NCBI GenBank assembly: GCA_028023455.1
Contig: JAQFVV010000005.1
Span: 11,284,001-11,348,000 of the forward strand
Direction of reading: 5' to 3'
Origin: Epiperipatus broadwayi
Lineage: Eukaryota > Animalia > Onychophora
DNA: 64,000 nucleotides
Shown here in pieces: positions 63,851-64,000 of the stretch. The notes under the pieces were generated by a model. The model saw only the letters and a list, made by a program, of their open reading frames with translations, did not search any database and was not told the DNA's origin. The number at the start of each line of letters is the position of its first letter. Position 1 is the stretch's first letter. Position numbers and translations under genes: made by a program.

Positions 63851-64000
63851 TGAATGTATCCTTTATTATATTATTGTTTGTCAATTTATTAGATTGCAAA
63901 ATCTTGCTTTGCATCAAGTTTTTCTCCCAAATTTCTCTAAATTAATTATTTTTAAATATCTAAATTTTTGCAGCTCTATAATCCTTTGCCTTAATGTTTA

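Noticed and set aside
1-64000. CRISPR arrays, rRNA genes, or short Cys-rich toxin-like genes among the remaining 60-100 aa ORFs
   Set aside because: No repeat-spacer arrays or rRNA signatures. The short ORFs are low-complexity AT-rich or antisense to TE relics, with no convincing signal peptide and cysteine scaffold.

Overview
AT-rich (about 70-75% AT by eye) eukaryotic DNA, probably from an invertebrate with CpG methylation, such as a chelicerate (inference). I found no multi-exon host gene. The only clearly intact, recognisable host-like ORF is a Tigger/pogo-derived Jerky-like protein (26274-27089, minus) that has lost its catalytic DDE domain in frame. The rest is a dense set of decayed mobile elements: two Ty3/Gypsy relics, several LINE relics, a hAT relic and MITEs, tRNA-derived SINE-like heads, and Penelope-like element (PLE) relics. 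The main hidden signal is a set of non-coding, retrozyme-like repeats in three families (units about 464, 452 and 362 nt) carrying minimal type I hammerhead ribozyme (HHR) motifs with palindromic stem III. There are about a dozen complete, degenerate or partial HHR copies. Several of these inserts, and some HHR-less foldbacks (one with a tRNA-like head), share inverted arms and 12-14 bp target-site duplications (TSDs), which suggests one PLE-type mobilisation route. Ribozyme activity and circular RNA production are inferred from structure only. No array here has two intact HHRs in tandem.
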